From Cyclobacteriaceae bacterium (GTDB taxonomy: Bacteria > Bacteroidota > Bacteroidia > Cytophagales > Cyclobacteriaceae), in NCBI GenBank assembly GCA_040222715.1, contig JAVKCN010000015.1:39163-103162 (forward strand): a stretch of DNA of 64,000 bases, written 5' to 3'. Below, piece by piece: positions 1 to 10,348 of the stretch; position 1 is the stretch's first letter, and every line of letters begins with the position of its first letter. Below the pieces are notes generated by a model, which was not told the origin of the DNA, ran no database searches, and saw nothing but the letters and a program-made list of their open reading frames with translations. The translations under genes and the position numbers were made by a program.

Positions 1-261
1 ATACTCCCGGTCGCGGACAGTAAAGTAGTCGATGAATGATTTTACCCTATGATTATAGGTAAGTGGAATATCCGACTCAATACAGGCAACCCGATCTTCC
101 ACCAAATCGTAAGAGGCATCCGGCACATACTCAAAATCATATGCAGGCTGATACAAAACCACTGAATCGATAGGATCAGCCCCTGCCGCCGCTCCCCCGC
201 AAGAGGGCATCATTAAAGTAGCCATCAATCCAAAAGAAAAGAGTCCCGCTATTCTCGTCAT
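1..261 (-). CDS. Lytic transglycosylase (MltD-like), N-terminal part; gene continues beyond the window start
   Basis: Manual translation from ATG at 261: MTRIAGLFSFGLMATLMMPSC...IPLTYNHRVKSFIDYFTVRDREY, open to base 1. Signal peptide plus a segment I recognise as typical of Bacteroidota MltD-like proteins. Not in the ORF track. Confidence 0.6.
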   Translation of the reverse strand, partial: MTRIAGLFSFGLMATLMMPSCGGAAAGADPIDSVVLYQPAYDFEYVPDASYDLVEDRVACIESDIPLTYNHRVKSFIDYFTVRDREY

Positions 262-371
262 TACCTGTTTTTTATTTAACTCATCAGTGGTACCAAAGTA
301 CTTTATACAAACAAATTCTGTACAATTTAATGAAAAAAGTTGACTAAATAAAGTGGTATTTACTTACTATG

Positions 372-1802
372 TTAGTTTGCCGCGTGGTTATCCATAAAAT
401 ACCGGGCAAAAGCCAGAAGCTCTGTTTCTTTAAAAGCGTCTCCGATCACCTGCAACCCAATGGGTAAACCTTCCTCACTATTTCCTACCGGGATAGAAAT
501 CGCCGGCACTCCGGCAATAGAGGCCTGAACTGTAAATAAATCAGCCAGATACATCTCTATAGGATTCGCCCGTTCGCCGAGTTTAAAGGCGGGAGTTGGG
601 GTCGTTGGTAGTACAATAAAATCATACTCCTGTAATAACTTACACGTGGCATCTTGCAAGAGCCGACGCACTTTTTGTGCTTTGGTATAATATGCGTCGT
701 AGTAACTTGCACTTAGCACGAACGTTCCCAACATAATACGCCGTTGTACCTCCTCTCCAAACGCTTCGGTTCGGGTTTTCTTGTACATAGCTTCCATGGT
801 TTTACTGTTGGGACTACGATACCCGTACCGCACTCCATCGAACCGGGATAAGTTGGAACTGGCCTCGGCCATGGTCAGAATGTAGTAGGTAGGCAATACA
901 TATTCTAACAAGGGAAAATCCACCGCTTCCACGCGGTGTCCATCCTGACGCAGTTGTTGTAAAGCCTGCTCCGTTTTTTCTCTCACCTCCGGATGAATAC
1001 CGGCATGTACGAGGGTATTTTGCAGATAAGCAATCTTACGCGGTGCTGCGTCTGAGTTCAGGTTATTTAAGTAGGAGGGCACAGGTTGCTGAGAAACAGT
1101 GCTATCGTATTCGTCTTCTCCAGCCATAATCTCCGTCAGCAAAGCAGCATCTTCCACAGTATGAGTAAGGGTACCAATCACATCGAAGGAAGAAGCGTAG
1201 GCAATGAGCCCGTAGCGGGAAATGCGGGAATACGTTGGTTTCATCCCTACCAAGCCACAAAAGGCGGCTGGCTGGCGAATTGACCCTCCAGTGTCTGATC
1301 CAAGCGAGGCCGTGCACATATGCGCCTGCACTGCTACGGCTGATCCCCCGGAAGAGCCGCCAGGAACCCGTCCGGGGTCAGCAGCATTACGGGTAGGAAA
1401 AAATGAGGAGTTTTCCGTAGAAGAGCCCATCGCAAACTCATCGCAATTTTGTCTTCCAATGATAATCGCGTCCTCGTCGAGGAGGCGTTGTACAGCAGTG
1501 GCGGTAAACTGAGAGCGAAAGCTTTCCAGAATCTGGCTTCCGGCCTGCATCTCATGATCACGATGGCAGAGCACGTCTTTTAGTCCAATGACCATACCGG
1601 CCAGACGACCAGCTGTACCCTCTGAAAGTTTCTGATCCACTGCGACTGCCTGCAACCGGGCTTCCTCTTCGTATACTTCTACAAAAGCACCAAGGTGCTC
1701 CTGCTCTCGAATATTCGTGAGGTAGTGCTCAACAATACCTTGGCAGGAAATTGATTTTTCCTGCAACAACTGTTGAATGTCGTGAAATGAAGTAAACTCC
1801 AG
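372..1802 (-). CDS. gatA: Asp-tRNA(Asn)/Glu-tRNA(Gln) amidotransferase subunit A
   Basis: Amidase signature GGSSGGS, GSDTGGSIRQPAAFCG, SSNLSRFDGVRYG. The ORF-track start (1898) overlaps tatA; the probable start is near CTG 1802, just after the tatA stop. Confidence 0.95.
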   Translation of the reverse strand: MEFTSFHDIQQLLQEKSISCQGIVEHYLTNIREQEHLGAFVEVYEEEARLQAVAVDQKLSEGTAGRLAGMVIGLKDVLCHRDHEMQAGSQILESFRSQFTATAVQRLLDEDAIIIGRQNCDEFAMGSSTENSSFFPTRNAADPGRVPGGSSGGSAVAVQAHMCTASLGSDTGGSIRQPAAFCGLVGMKPTYSRISRYGLIAYASSFDVIGTLTHTVEDAALLTEIMAGEDEYDSTVSQQPVPSYLNNLNSDAAPRKIAYLQNTLVHAGIHPEVREKTEQALQQLRQDGHRVEAVDFPLLEYVLPTYYILTMAEASSNLSRFDGVRYGYRSPNSKTMEAMYKKTRTEAFGEEVQRRIMLGTFVLSASYYDAYYTKAQKVRRLLQDATCKLLQEYDFIVLPTTPTPAFKLGERANPIEMYLADLFTVQASIAGVPAISIPVGNSEEGLPIGLQVIGDAFKETELLAFARYFMDNHAAN

Positions 1803-1806
1803 GGGT

Positions 1807-2019
1807 TTACGATTTGGTAGTGGTTGTGGTGTTTCGAGTGCCTTCTTCAATTTCGTCCTTGATTTCTTTAGTAGCGTCCTTAAACTCGCGGATACCACGA
1901 CCTAGCCCTTTTGCCAATTCCGGTATACGTTTGGCCCCAAAGAAAATAAGTAATACTAAAACAATCAAGAGGATTTCCCAACCTCCTAAACCTCCGATAA
2001 ATGCAAAGTTCGTAACCAT
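1807..2019 (-). CDS. tatA: Twin-arginine translocase subunit TatA/E
   Basis: N-terminal TM helix followed by [23 protein letters not shown]. Confidence 0.95.
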   Translation of the reverse strand: MVTNFAFIGGLGGWEILLIVLVLLIFFGAKRIPELAKGLGRGIREFKDATKEIKDEIEEGTRNTTTTTKS

Positions 2020-2227
2020 ATCAATTTCAATTTTAGTAAACTACTATGTAGCTAAGAGGTAAATATAATGAATAAATAAGTACACTTTCTGTTTTCTACC
2101 GACTAATTCGTTACACTTTAGCCCAATGATAACTCTCTAAGCAATGAAAAAATCGTGTTGAAAAGTTCATCTTTTCAGGATTCTTTTTCAGAAAAAACAT
2201 ATGGATGCGTAAAGAATTCCCCCTTGG

Positions 2228-3466
2228 CTAACGACGCTGTAACCAGGGTTCAGGATTTAGTTTCTGCTGGTTATGCCAGATCTGAAACTGAAGGGCGGAA
2301 ATACCATCGGCATCGGTATATACCATTCCTACGGGTTGTTCAGCCCGTACTGCCTGTCCTTTCCGCACATTCACATCTTTCAGGCGGGAATACACTGTGA
2401 AATATTCGCCATGCTGCATGATCACTGCTTTATTGTTCCCTGGGCCGGGAATAGGGGTGATGGCAATGACCACTCCATCGAACACGGCAGTTACCTGGGC
2501 ATCCTGGTTGGTTTGAATATCCACGCCATCATTAGGGACCAGAATATTTTTCATTACCGGGTGGGGATTGTTGCCAAACCGTTGCGAGATAAATCCGGTA
2601 TTGACCGGCCACTGCAATTGCGCTTTTTTACTGGCAAACGTAGTAGACAGTGCTTCTTTAGACGTGTTGAGGGCTACTGCATTTTCGGTTTTATTAGTCG
2701 CACTCTCTTCGATCTCCTTCTTAATCAGGGTGGCAATTAATCGCTCCAAACGCTGTACATCGCTCCGGCGGGAGTCTACTTCCTCTTTAAGTTCCGCCTC
2801 CCGCTGGCCCAAATCCCGGATCAAGGCCCGCTGTTTGGTTTTCAGGGCAATCAGGTCCTGATTGGCGATGAGTTGCTGATCGAGCAGTACCTGGCGCTCC
2901 AGGCGCTTACTTTCAATCACCTCCCGCTGGTTGATCAGTGTTTCCCGCACTTTCTGGATTTGCTCTACCTGATTTTTCCGGGCTTCGGAATATTGCTGCA
3001 TGTATTTGATGCGCCGAAAAAGCTGGTTGAAGGTTTCGGCAGAAAAAAGAAAGGTAAGCCGATCGTAGCTATTATTGGTTTTGCTGGCCGCATATACCAT
3101 GTAGGCGTACTCCTGTTTCAGGTTGACCAGATCCTCTTCCAGCGCACTAATTACGCTGCCAAGTTCCGTAATCTGCATCTCCAGTAAATCCAGCTCCTGA
3201 CTGATGGACTGAATGAGCGACTCACGGGCACCAATTTGCTGATTAATGGCATTGAGCTGTCCGATGCTGCTTTCCCGGCGGGTAGATGTTTCGGAGAGAA
3301 TTCGCTGCGCCTCTTTGATGCGCTGAAGGTTTTCTTTTTTCTCTTTCTCCAATTGCTCACGGCTGACCGGAGACTGCTGCGCCCAGCCTGGTGTAGTGAA
3401 CACCAGCAGAGCAATACAGAGTCCTAACAATACACGCTTACAGTAGGTGCTGCTACCTGCGGGCAT
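2228..3466 (-). CDS. Murein hydrolase activator EnvC family protein (coiled coil + M23/LytM domain)
   Basis: Signal peptide from ATG 3466, long coiled coil, C-terminal LQWPV...GVDI...HGEYFTVYSRL; lacks an intact HxH metal motif, as in EnvC. Confidence 0.85.
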   Translation of the reverse strand: MPAGSSTYCKRVLLGLCIALLVFTTPGWAQQSPVSREQLEKEKKENLQRIKEAQRILSETSTRRESSIGQLNAINQQIGARESLIQSISQELDLLEMQITELGSVISALEEDLVNLKQEYAYMVYAASKTNNSYDRLTFLFSAETFNQLFRRIKYMQQYSEARKNQVEQIQKVRETLINQREVIESKRLERQVLLDQQLIANQDLIALKTKQRALIRDLGQREAELKEEVDSRRSDVQRLERLIATLIKKEIEESATNKTENAVALNTSKEALSTTFASKKAQLQWPVNTGFISQRFGNNPHPVMKNILVPNDGVDIQTNQDAQVTAVFDGVVIAITPIPGPGNNKAVIMQHGEYFTVYSRLKDVNVRKGQAVRAEQPVGMVYTDADGISALQFQIWHNQQKLNPEPWLQRR

Positions 3467-4289
3467 ACTTGGAAGGAACCGAAAAAGGGAAACGCAAGGC
3501 TTCGTCAACAATCGAAACTTTTTTGTGCTCAATGTCAATTTGTGTCCTACGTTTTTGGCCATGTTGCCGATAATCCAAGGAAACCAAATTACTGAACGGT
3601 AATATCTCTTCATCCAACTGCTTAAAATCGCCGTATTGCAAATTGAGTGTATTCTTTTCCGCCTTGTTTCTGGGCGAACCATTTGCACTCTCCTCCACCA
3701 TTGCAATACGTTCTACTTTCATAAGCTGCCGGTCGATAAAATTATCAATTGTTACTGGCCCTTCTGCCTGCCGAACCACAAAGTGATTTGCTTCTTGCCA
3801 GACTTCATCATCCGCTACAATTGATCGGGGCATATCACCCAATAATACCGCCTGCAACAGGTCGTAATTAATCGTAAAATTATATTTTTCACTAAGCTCC
3901 TGAAAGTTATAGCTGCGATATTCTTTGTCCAGGCGGTTGATAAATGCCAGAGAATCCCGATCAATCACCGCTCGGGCAGCCTCAATACCAAAACCCGGAG
4001 TGACCGAAATCCAGATCACACTGTCTTTCTTCATTCGGATATTCGCGGTAGCGCTCACACTCTGCCCCTCGTTGCGAAACTTAATTTTGCTACTGGCAGT
4101 CAGATACTCAAAATCAACATCCTCGATCTGAAGTTCATCGGCCTTCATCCCCCCTCTATCGACTCCGGCAATTTTCTTACTACAACCTGCCAACAACAAC
4201 AAAAAAGACAGCCCAACAGTCAGCCGGGTAAGGTTACTCGTATAGTTTTCGATCGGCAATTTTTTTATCAATAAGTTCGGAAGCATCAT
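3453..4289 (-). CDS. DUF4292-like lipoprotein
   Basis: Lipobox LAGC; IRMKKDSVIWISVTPGFGIEAARAVI motif; usual position between the TPR and EnvC-like genes. Start uncertain. Confidence 0.75.
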   Translation of the reverse strand: MMLPNLLIKKLPIENYTSNLTRLTVGLSFLLLLAGCSKKIAGVDRGGMKADELQIEDVDFEYLTASSKIKFRNEGQSVSATANIRMKKDSVIWISVTPGFGIEAARAVIDRDSLAFINRLDKEYRSYNFQELSEKYNFTINYDLLQAVLLGDMPRSIVADDEVWQEANHFVVRQAEGPVTIDNFIDRQLMKVERIAMVEESANGSPRNKAEKNTLNLQYGDFKQLDEEILPFSNLVSLDYRQHGQKRRTQIDIEHKKVSIVDEALRFPFSVPSKYARR

Positions 4290-5955
4290 TCATGCCTTTG
4301 GCTTTCATCCACTGTTGCACGGCCTGGTCTACATCTCCAAGTTTAAAAAGAACATCTCCATAGTGCTCAACTACTTCTCCACTACCAGCCCCTTGCTCCA
4401 ATGCCTGCTCAATGTATTTTTTGGCTTGCTTGTACTCACCCAACATGTATAAGACCCAGGCGTGCGTATCCAGATAATTAGCATTGTTAGGATTTAGTTC
4501 AAGTAAGCGGGTAGAAAGTTGTTTGGCATAGGGCAATTTTTCCTGACGTAAGGCTAAGAAATAGCTGTAGTTATTAAGCACATAGTCGTTGCTAGGGTCC
4601 GCTTTGAGCACCGCCTCGTAAGCCTCTTCTGATTTATCATATTCTTCCAGCCCATTGTAAACATCGCCCAGGTAGATATTACAGTAGAGACTAAGTTCTT
4701 CGTTATTGGACAAGCGCCTGGCCTGGTCCAGAGAATAAGCGGCTTCGTCGTAATTTTGTTTGGCCGCATGCGCTGCACCATTGTAGAAGTAAACAATACC
4801 CTGATTAGGAAACATTTCCAGGGCTTCTTCCGAATGCTTGATCACACTGTCGGTTTCCTGTAATGTTTGAAATTCAAGCGTCAGCAGATTTTGCCATACA
4901 TCAAAGTTGGTATCATCGTATTTGGTAGATTCCAGATAATAATCTCGAGCCTGACTTACGCTATCAATGGCATTCAGGAAGTCACCTTTCAAAATGTAGG
5001 CCTCGGCTTCATCGGGGTGCGATGCCAGAATCTTATCAGTTAAGGTACTGACCAATTGCTGGGTTTTGGCATTGGGTAGCTCCTGAATATACTTGGCAAC
5101 CAGTTCCAGCTTTAATTTCAGATTCAGATTAGGGTTGGTAAACGCCACCCCCATGTGCTCCTCAGCTTTGGCATCATCTCCCATGTTCTGGTAAATTTTC
5201 GCCAGTAGCAACTGCGCCTCCGGGTTGTCTGGTGCAATCTCCAGCAGGGATTCTAAGTAGGGAATAGCTTCCCGGTCTTTGCCATTTGAGATAAAAATTT
5301 CGGATAACGCGATTACATAATCCCCTTCTCCCGGAAACGCTGCGATTAACCGTTCTCCTTCTGCTATGGCTTTATCCAGCCTGTTTTGTTGCAGGTAAAT
5401 CCGTTGTTTGGCGGTAATTACTTCAGGAAGCATACCGTATTTCTGCTCAATTTTGTCGTAGGTTTCTATCGCCTGATCAAAGCTTTGCTGATAGAGATAA
5501 ATGGCTGCCAAATCAAACAGGTAATCATCGGTACCGTCTAACCGATCAATCATGGTTTCGTATACCAACGCTGCCCCTTCAAAATCAGACTGCTGGGTAA
5601 GCACCTCGGCTTTGGTAAGATAGTAGTACTTATTATCAGGGTCCAGTTCAATAGCCTGGTTGGCATGCTCTAAGGCTTTATCCAAGACGCCCTGTCGGGA
5701 GAATATATCCGCAATTTTAAAATGGGCCGCGTCGTTATCAGGGTCACTTTCCAGTGATTTCTCAAATAATGCCAGCGCTTTCTCCATGTCCTCCAGAATG
5801 TAATACTTTACCCCTTCGGTAAAATAATACGTGGCCTCCCGTACTTTCCGATCTTCCCGGGTAGACTTATCCCGCTGGGCATAAGCACTCGATATGAAAG
5901 AAAAAAGCAGTACGTAAACTAACCAAATACTTCGCTTTATCTGAGGTATTTTCAT
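4234..5955 (-). CDS. Tetratricopeptide repeat protein, exported
   Basis: Signal peptide from MKIPQ (ATG 5955); many TPR-like units; C-terminal LNNYSYFLA...YLDTHAWVLY...EHYGD. Confidence 0.85.
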   Translation of the reverse strand: MKIPQIKRSIWLVYVLLFSFISSAYAQRDKSTREDRKVREATYYFTEGVKYYILEDMEKALALFEKSLESDPDNDAAHFKIADIFSRQGVLDKALEHANQAIELDPDNKYYYLTKAEVLTQQSDFEGAALVYETMIDRLDGTDDYLFDLAAIYLYQQSFDQAIETYDKIEQKYGMLPEVITAKQRIYLQQNRLDKAIAEGERLIAAFPGEGDYVIALSEIFISNGKDREAIPYLESLLEIAPDNPEAQLLLAKIYQNMGDDAKAEEHMGVAFTNPNLNLKLKLELVAKYIQELPNAKTQQLVSTLTDKILASHPDEAEAYILKGDFLNAIDSVSQARDYYLESTKYDDTNFDVWQNLLTLEFQTLQETDSVIKHSEEALEMFPNQGIVYFYNGAAHAAKQNYDEAAYSLDQARRLSNNEELSLYCNIYLGDVYNGLEEYDKSEEAYEAVLKADPSNDYVLNNYSYFLALRQEKLPYAKQLSTRLLELNPNNANYLDTHAWVLYMLGEYKQAKKYIEQALEQGAGSGEVVEHYGDVLFKLGDVDQAVQQWMKAKGMNDASELIDKKIADRKLYE

Positions 5956-6100
5956 AACACAAGCCTTCTTGGCCACTGATCATCCGGTTCACGACTTATT
6001 ACCAAATGATGAATACACAATTCGTTCATCTTTTTCTGTAACCCATACACGTACTAGCAACGATAAAGTTCAAGGCAGTAGTATGGCAACCTTAAAGGTA

Positions 6101-7117
6101 TTAGTGCATATTTTCAACCACTGAATTATAATCGCCAATGCTTAAATCAGACGAACTTAGTTTTAAGGTAACAAAATTTCCTAACATAGAATTCTCCAGA
6201 TTGGCATTTGCTACAACAGTATTGGTCTGAACGATAGAATTTTGAATACGTGAATTGCTTACTTCCGTATTATCGCCAATAGAAACGTAGGGACCAATGA
6301 CTGAATTATGCATCTTAACATGCTCACCCAGATAGACGGGTGGAATGATGATAGAATTCTCGGTACTTACCGAATCGGGAACTTTCAGATCGTCCTGAAT
6401 ATACTGCAAATATCGTTGATTAGTATGCACTGTCGCATCTTTATTACCACAATCCAGCCATTCATCAACCTGTCCCGGTACAAACCGCACTCCCTTATTC
6501 TTCATATTTTCCAGCGCATTGGTGATCTGAAATTCGCCGGAGTTTTTAATATCATTGTCAATCAGGTACTGTAATTCACTTCGTAAGAAAGCTCCATCCC
6601 GGAAGTAGTAAATTCCAATGATGGCTAGGTCTGAAATATACGTCGCTGGCTTCTCGACAAAATCTATAATGGTATTTTTATCATTTACCTGCACCACTCC
6701 AAAGGCTGAAGGGTCAGCCACTTTCTGTACCCAGACAATCCCATCCTGCTTTGCATCTAAGGTAAAATCTGCTCGAAATAGGGTGTCGGCATAAGCAACA
6801 ATCACGTTTCCGTCCAGCAGATCTTTGGCACAGTAGAGTGCATGAGCAGTGCCCAAAGCCTCATCCTGGTAGTAAATCTTTCCTTGAGCTCCAATTGAAG
6901 CGGCAACGTTGAGCAGGCTCGTTTCCACTTCTTCACCAAAGCTTCTCCCGATCACAAAGCCTACCTCCTCAATCGGTTGTGCTACTACTTTGGCAATATC
7001 TTCTACCAGACGATGGACAATCGGTTTCCCGGCAATGGGAATAAGCGGCTTGGGAATGGTTAGCGTATGAGGGCGCATGCGCTTACCCATTCCCGCCATC
7101 GGAACAATGATTCTCAC
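6101..7117 (-). CDS. Sugar-phosphate nucleotidyltransferase with left-handed beta-helix tail
   Basis: IIVPMAGMGKRMRPHT...PKPLIPIAGKP; WLDCG; hexapeptide-like C-terminus. Confidence 0.85.
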   Translation of the reverse strand: MRIIVPMAGMGKRMRPHTLTIPKPLIPIAGKPIVHRLVEDIAKVVAQPIEEVGFVIGRSFGEEVETSLLNVAASIGAQGKIYYQDEALGTAHALYCAKDLLDGNVIVAYADTLFRADFTLDAKQDGIVWVQKVADPSAFGVVQVNDKNTIIDFVEKPATYISDLAIIGIYYFRDGAFLRSELQYLIDNDIKNSGEFQITNALENMKNKGVRFVPGQVDEWLDCGNKDATVHTNQRYLQYIQDDLKVPDSVSTENSIIIPPVYLGEHVKMHNSVIGPYVSIGDNTEVSNSRIQNSIVQTNTVVANANLENSMLGNFVTLKLSSSDLSIGDYNSVVENMH

Positions 7118-7263
7118 GATATATTGGTTTGCTGTTAAAAATCACCAAGGTACTGTTATAGGCATCTCTAAAAAAACAGAAATGAATTGATTTAGTACAC
7201 CTTAAAACAATGGGCAGTGAGCAAAATACAATGTGCAATTTCAGATTGTTAACTGCACACTGT

Positions 7264-7701
7264 TCATTGTAAACCGGTACTACCGTAGCCTCCGGTACCG
7301 CGGGTGGTTTCACTTAGGGTTTCAACTTCTTTCCAGGTTACCTGTTCGTGTTTTGCTACTACCACCTGAGCAATCCGCTCTCCGGGTTGCACGGTATAAG
7401 CTTCGTTGGATAGATTAACCAGTAGCACTTTTACTTCTCCCCGATAGTCGGCATCAATGGTTCCGGGGCTGTTGAGCACAGTCAGACCATGTTTGTAGGC
7501 TAATCCACTACGAGGTCGTACCTGGGCTTCGTAGCCTACGGGTAGTTCTATAAAAAACCCGGTGCTGATCAATGAACGCTCCAGTGGTTGCAAAGTCACT
7601 GGTTCTTTCAGGCTGGCATATACGTCCATCCCGGCAGCATGTTCGGTTTGGTAGGTGGGTAGTGGATGGTCAGATTGGTTAACGATTTTTACGTGGATCA
7701 T
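7264..7701 (-). CDS. dut: dUTP diphosphatase
   Basis: Motifs [35 protein letters not shown]; probable start ATG 7701. Confidence 0.97.
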   Translation of the reverse strand: MIHVKIVNQSDHPLPTYQTEHAAGMDVYASLKEPVTLQPLERSLISTGFFIELPVGYEAQVRPRSGLAYKHGLTVLNSPGTIDADYRGEVKVLLVNLSNEAYTVQPGERIAQVVVAKHEQVTWKEVETLSETTRGTGGYGSTGLQ

Positions 7702-7711
7702 AAGGTTAGAT

Positions 7712-9217
7712 TCAGTTAGGTACGTTTTTTCGCTGTTGTTGTAACTGGCTTCGCTCAATCAGAAAAACTACGGTGGCAAACACAAGGGTAATGCCAATAT
7801 TTATCATATTCTTTAACAGTTCACTCGATAGCTCTAGCTTAAATGTCCCGTAGATGATGAGCAAAGCCGCCAGCAGATACCAAAAGGAAGGTGTGAAATT
7901 ATACGGAATAGGATAATATTTTCTGCCATAATAATAACAGACCAGACACATCACCATAAAACAGGTAATGCTGGCTACCGCACTGCCCAGATAGCCTAAT
8001 ACTGGAATTAATAGAAAATTTCCGGCCAGCGTTATCACGGCTCCAATGACACTGGTGACGGTGCCAAAATAGGTTTTATCCGTTAGTTTAAACCAGATAG
8101 ATAAGTTGATGTAGATCCCATACAACAATTTCGCAAATAGTAAGAATGGCACTACGTACAATGCATCCCAGTAGATTGAATTTGGTATCAGTAGGTGCCC
8201 CAGAAGATCCACGTTGACACTGACTCCTACCAAAATTAAAATACTGAATATGGTGAAATAATGCATCACCTGGGCAAATAGCTGAGGGGCTTCTTTATCT
8301 TCTGCGTTAGAAAAAAAGAAAGGTTCGCCCGCATACCGGAAAGCCTGAATCGCCAGCATCATAAAAATACTGAGCTTGTAGCATGCCCCATAGGCGCCCA
8401 GTGCCTGTTGTGGGGTTTTATCCGGATAAAAATCAACGGGCAGCAGATCATTCAACAGTATCTTCTCAATATTCTCATTAATCATACCCCCAACTCCCAT
8501 CAGGAAGATGGGAAAAGCGTAGACCAGCATTGGGCGCAATACAGCGGCATCCAACCGAAATCGCACCTGAATCAAATACCGCCAAAGCATAAAAGGAATA
8601 ATGGCATTACCGATCAGGTTGGCCAGGAATACATAGCCTACTCCCAGATCAAGCTGATAAAGTGCATCCAGCCACGTAGTGGTTGTATGAATTTTGGGTA
8701 GCAGGAAAAGAAAAAACAGGTTCAGCACTACCTGCAGTACAATTGCCGATATCTTGGTAATTGTAAACCGAAGGGGACGATTTTCGTGACGAAGTCTGGC
8801 ATAAGGAACTGCTACCACCGCATCAATCCACAGGATGATGGCCAGCCAGCGTACGATATAGCCCAGTCCGGCGTAGCCTAGCGAAGCGGCAATGGTATCC
8901 GCATTTAATAATAGTAAGGCTGAGGAAAGGGTACTGATCAGAAATATTGTAGTGAAAACAGCATAATAAACCTGCCGTTCCGCCCGCTCGTCGCCCTGCA
9001 CCCGGGCGGTAAAGCGAAAATAAGCCGTTTCCATACCGAAGGTATAGAGAATGTTGAAGAAAGCAACATAGGCGTAAAGCTCGGTGATGATCCCATAATT
9101 TTCCAATGCAAATATTGCGGTATGGATAGGAACCAGGGCATAATTAAGGATGCGCCCCAGGATTGTACTAACACCATACAGTGCGGTTTGCCCCGCCAGT
9201 TTTTTGAGTGGATTCAT
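7712..9217 (-). CDS. Polysaccharide biosynthesis/oligosaccharide flippase (Wzx/MATE-like)
   Basis: About 14 hydrophobic segments; N-terminal [18 protein letters not shown] typical of the family. Confidence 0.8.
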   Translation of the reverse strand: MNPLKKLAGQTALYGVSTILGRILNYALVPIHTAIFALENYGIITELYAYVAFFNILYTFGMETAYFRFTARVQGDERAERQVYYAVFTTIFLISTLSSALLLLNADTIAASLGYAGLGYIVRWLAIILWIDAVVAVPYARLRHENRPLRFTITKISAIVLQVVLNLFFLFLLPKIHTTTTWLDALYQLDLGVGYVFLANLIGNAIIPFMLWRYLIQVRFRLDAAVLRPMLVYAFPIFLMGVGGMINENIEKILLNDLLPVDFYPDKTPQQALGAYGACYKLSIFMMLAIQAFRYAGEPFFFSNAEDKEAPQLFAQVMHYFTIFSILILVGVSVNVDLLGHLLIPNSIYWDALYVVPFLLFAKLLYGIYINLSIWFKLTDKTYFGTVTSVIGAVITLAGNFLLIPVLGYLGSAVASITCFMVMCLVCYYYGRKYYPIPYNFTPSFWYLLAALLIIYGTFKLELSSELLKNMINIGITLVFATVVFLIERSQLQQQRKNVPN

Positions 9218-9293
9218 ACATTGGCTTTCTCAACCGTCTAAGCCGCAAGGATCATACCTTCTCTTGAGAGAGGTAATAGAAAGCGTAGAATTG

Positions 9294-10079
9294 TTACTCG
9301 CCGATAAATTTTGGTGCGCGTTTTTCTAAGAATGCCTGCGTTCCTTCCACAAAATCGCGTGACTTGCAGCAGGCGGCAAAACTATTGGCTTCGGTCTGGT
9401 ACCCGTTTTCTTCGGCTTCGTAGGCGGCATTCACGCAGTCTACAATCATGCCGATGGCGAGGGGTGCTTTGGAGATGATTTTCTGTAGCAATCGTTCACA
9501 ATACTCAATCAACGCGGCTTTGTCTTCTACAATCTGGTTGACCAGCCCTATTTCGTGAGCCCGTTCAGCCGAGATCGTATCAGCAGTCATCATCATTTCC
9601 AGAGCACGGCCCCGGCCAATCAGGTTGGTGAGTCGCTGGGTGCCTCCAAATCCGGGAATCAGTCCTAAATTAACTTCAGGTTGTCCGAATACCGCACTCT
9701 TTGAGGCGATCCGTATATGGCATGCCATGGCCAGTTCGCAACCTCCACCCAGGGCAAACCCATTCACTGCCGCCACAATCGGCTTATCACACTTCTCAAT
9801 GGAAGCAAACACTTCCTGCCCAATCTCAGAAAACTTCCGTCCGTTCACCTCGTTCAAATCGGCCACCTCGCTAATGTCGGCGCCCGCCACAAACGCTTTC
9901 TCACCAGCGCCGGTGATAATCACTCCTTTTATCTCACTATCATCGTACACTTCCTGAATAGCCTCACCGATTTCCTCCAGGGTCGTCTTGTTCAAAGCAT
10001 TCAGCTTATCGGCGCGGTCAATGGTGAGGGTCATAATACCCTCTGTGGTTGCAATACTGATATACTTAAAGTTTGCCAT
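9294..10079 (-). CDS. Enoyl-CoA hydratase/crotonase family protein
   Basis: AFVAGADI, VNGFALGGGCELAMACHIR, GQPEVNLGLIPGFGGTQRL. Confidence 0.9.
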   Translation of the reverse strand: MANFKYISIATTEGIMTLTIDRADKLNALNKTTLEEIGEAIQEVYDDSEIKGVIITGAGEKAFVAGADISEVADLNEVNGRKFSEIGQEVFASIEKCDKPIVAAVNGFALGGGCELAMACHIRIASKSAVFGQPEVNLGLIPGFGGTQRLTNLIGRGRALEMMMTADTISAERAHEIGLVNQIVEDKAALIEYCERLLQKIISKAPLAIGMIVDCVNAAYEAEENGYQTEANSFAACCKSRDFVEGTQAFLEKRAPKFIGE

Positions 10080-10152
10080 AGTATCATCTTTAAACCTAAA
10101 CTGCACGTCCACGACCGTAAAAGACAGCCGTGGACGTACGCTTTTTCAAGCC

Positions 10153-10183
10153 CAAATATAACAGGTGGGGTACTATTCTCAAA
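10153..10183 (-). promoter_or_regulatory. Bacteroidota primary-sigma promoter for the enoyl-CoA hydratase gene
   Basis: On the minus strand, TTTG (10183-10180), a 19-nt spacer, then TATATTTG (10160-10153); matches the -33/-7 consensus. Confidence 0.6.
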
Positions 10184-10348
10184 AACTCAGAGAGAATGAT
10201 CCTGCGGGTCGGCATCAAGTGTAACAAATAGAGGGTTTTTTCATAAACATCTTTTGAAAATACCACGTTACCTTTCTTTGCCCGAACGCCCCCACCAAAA
10301 CTCAGAATTGATTTTATTTTTTTAAACACATTCGTAAAACCACATTGT

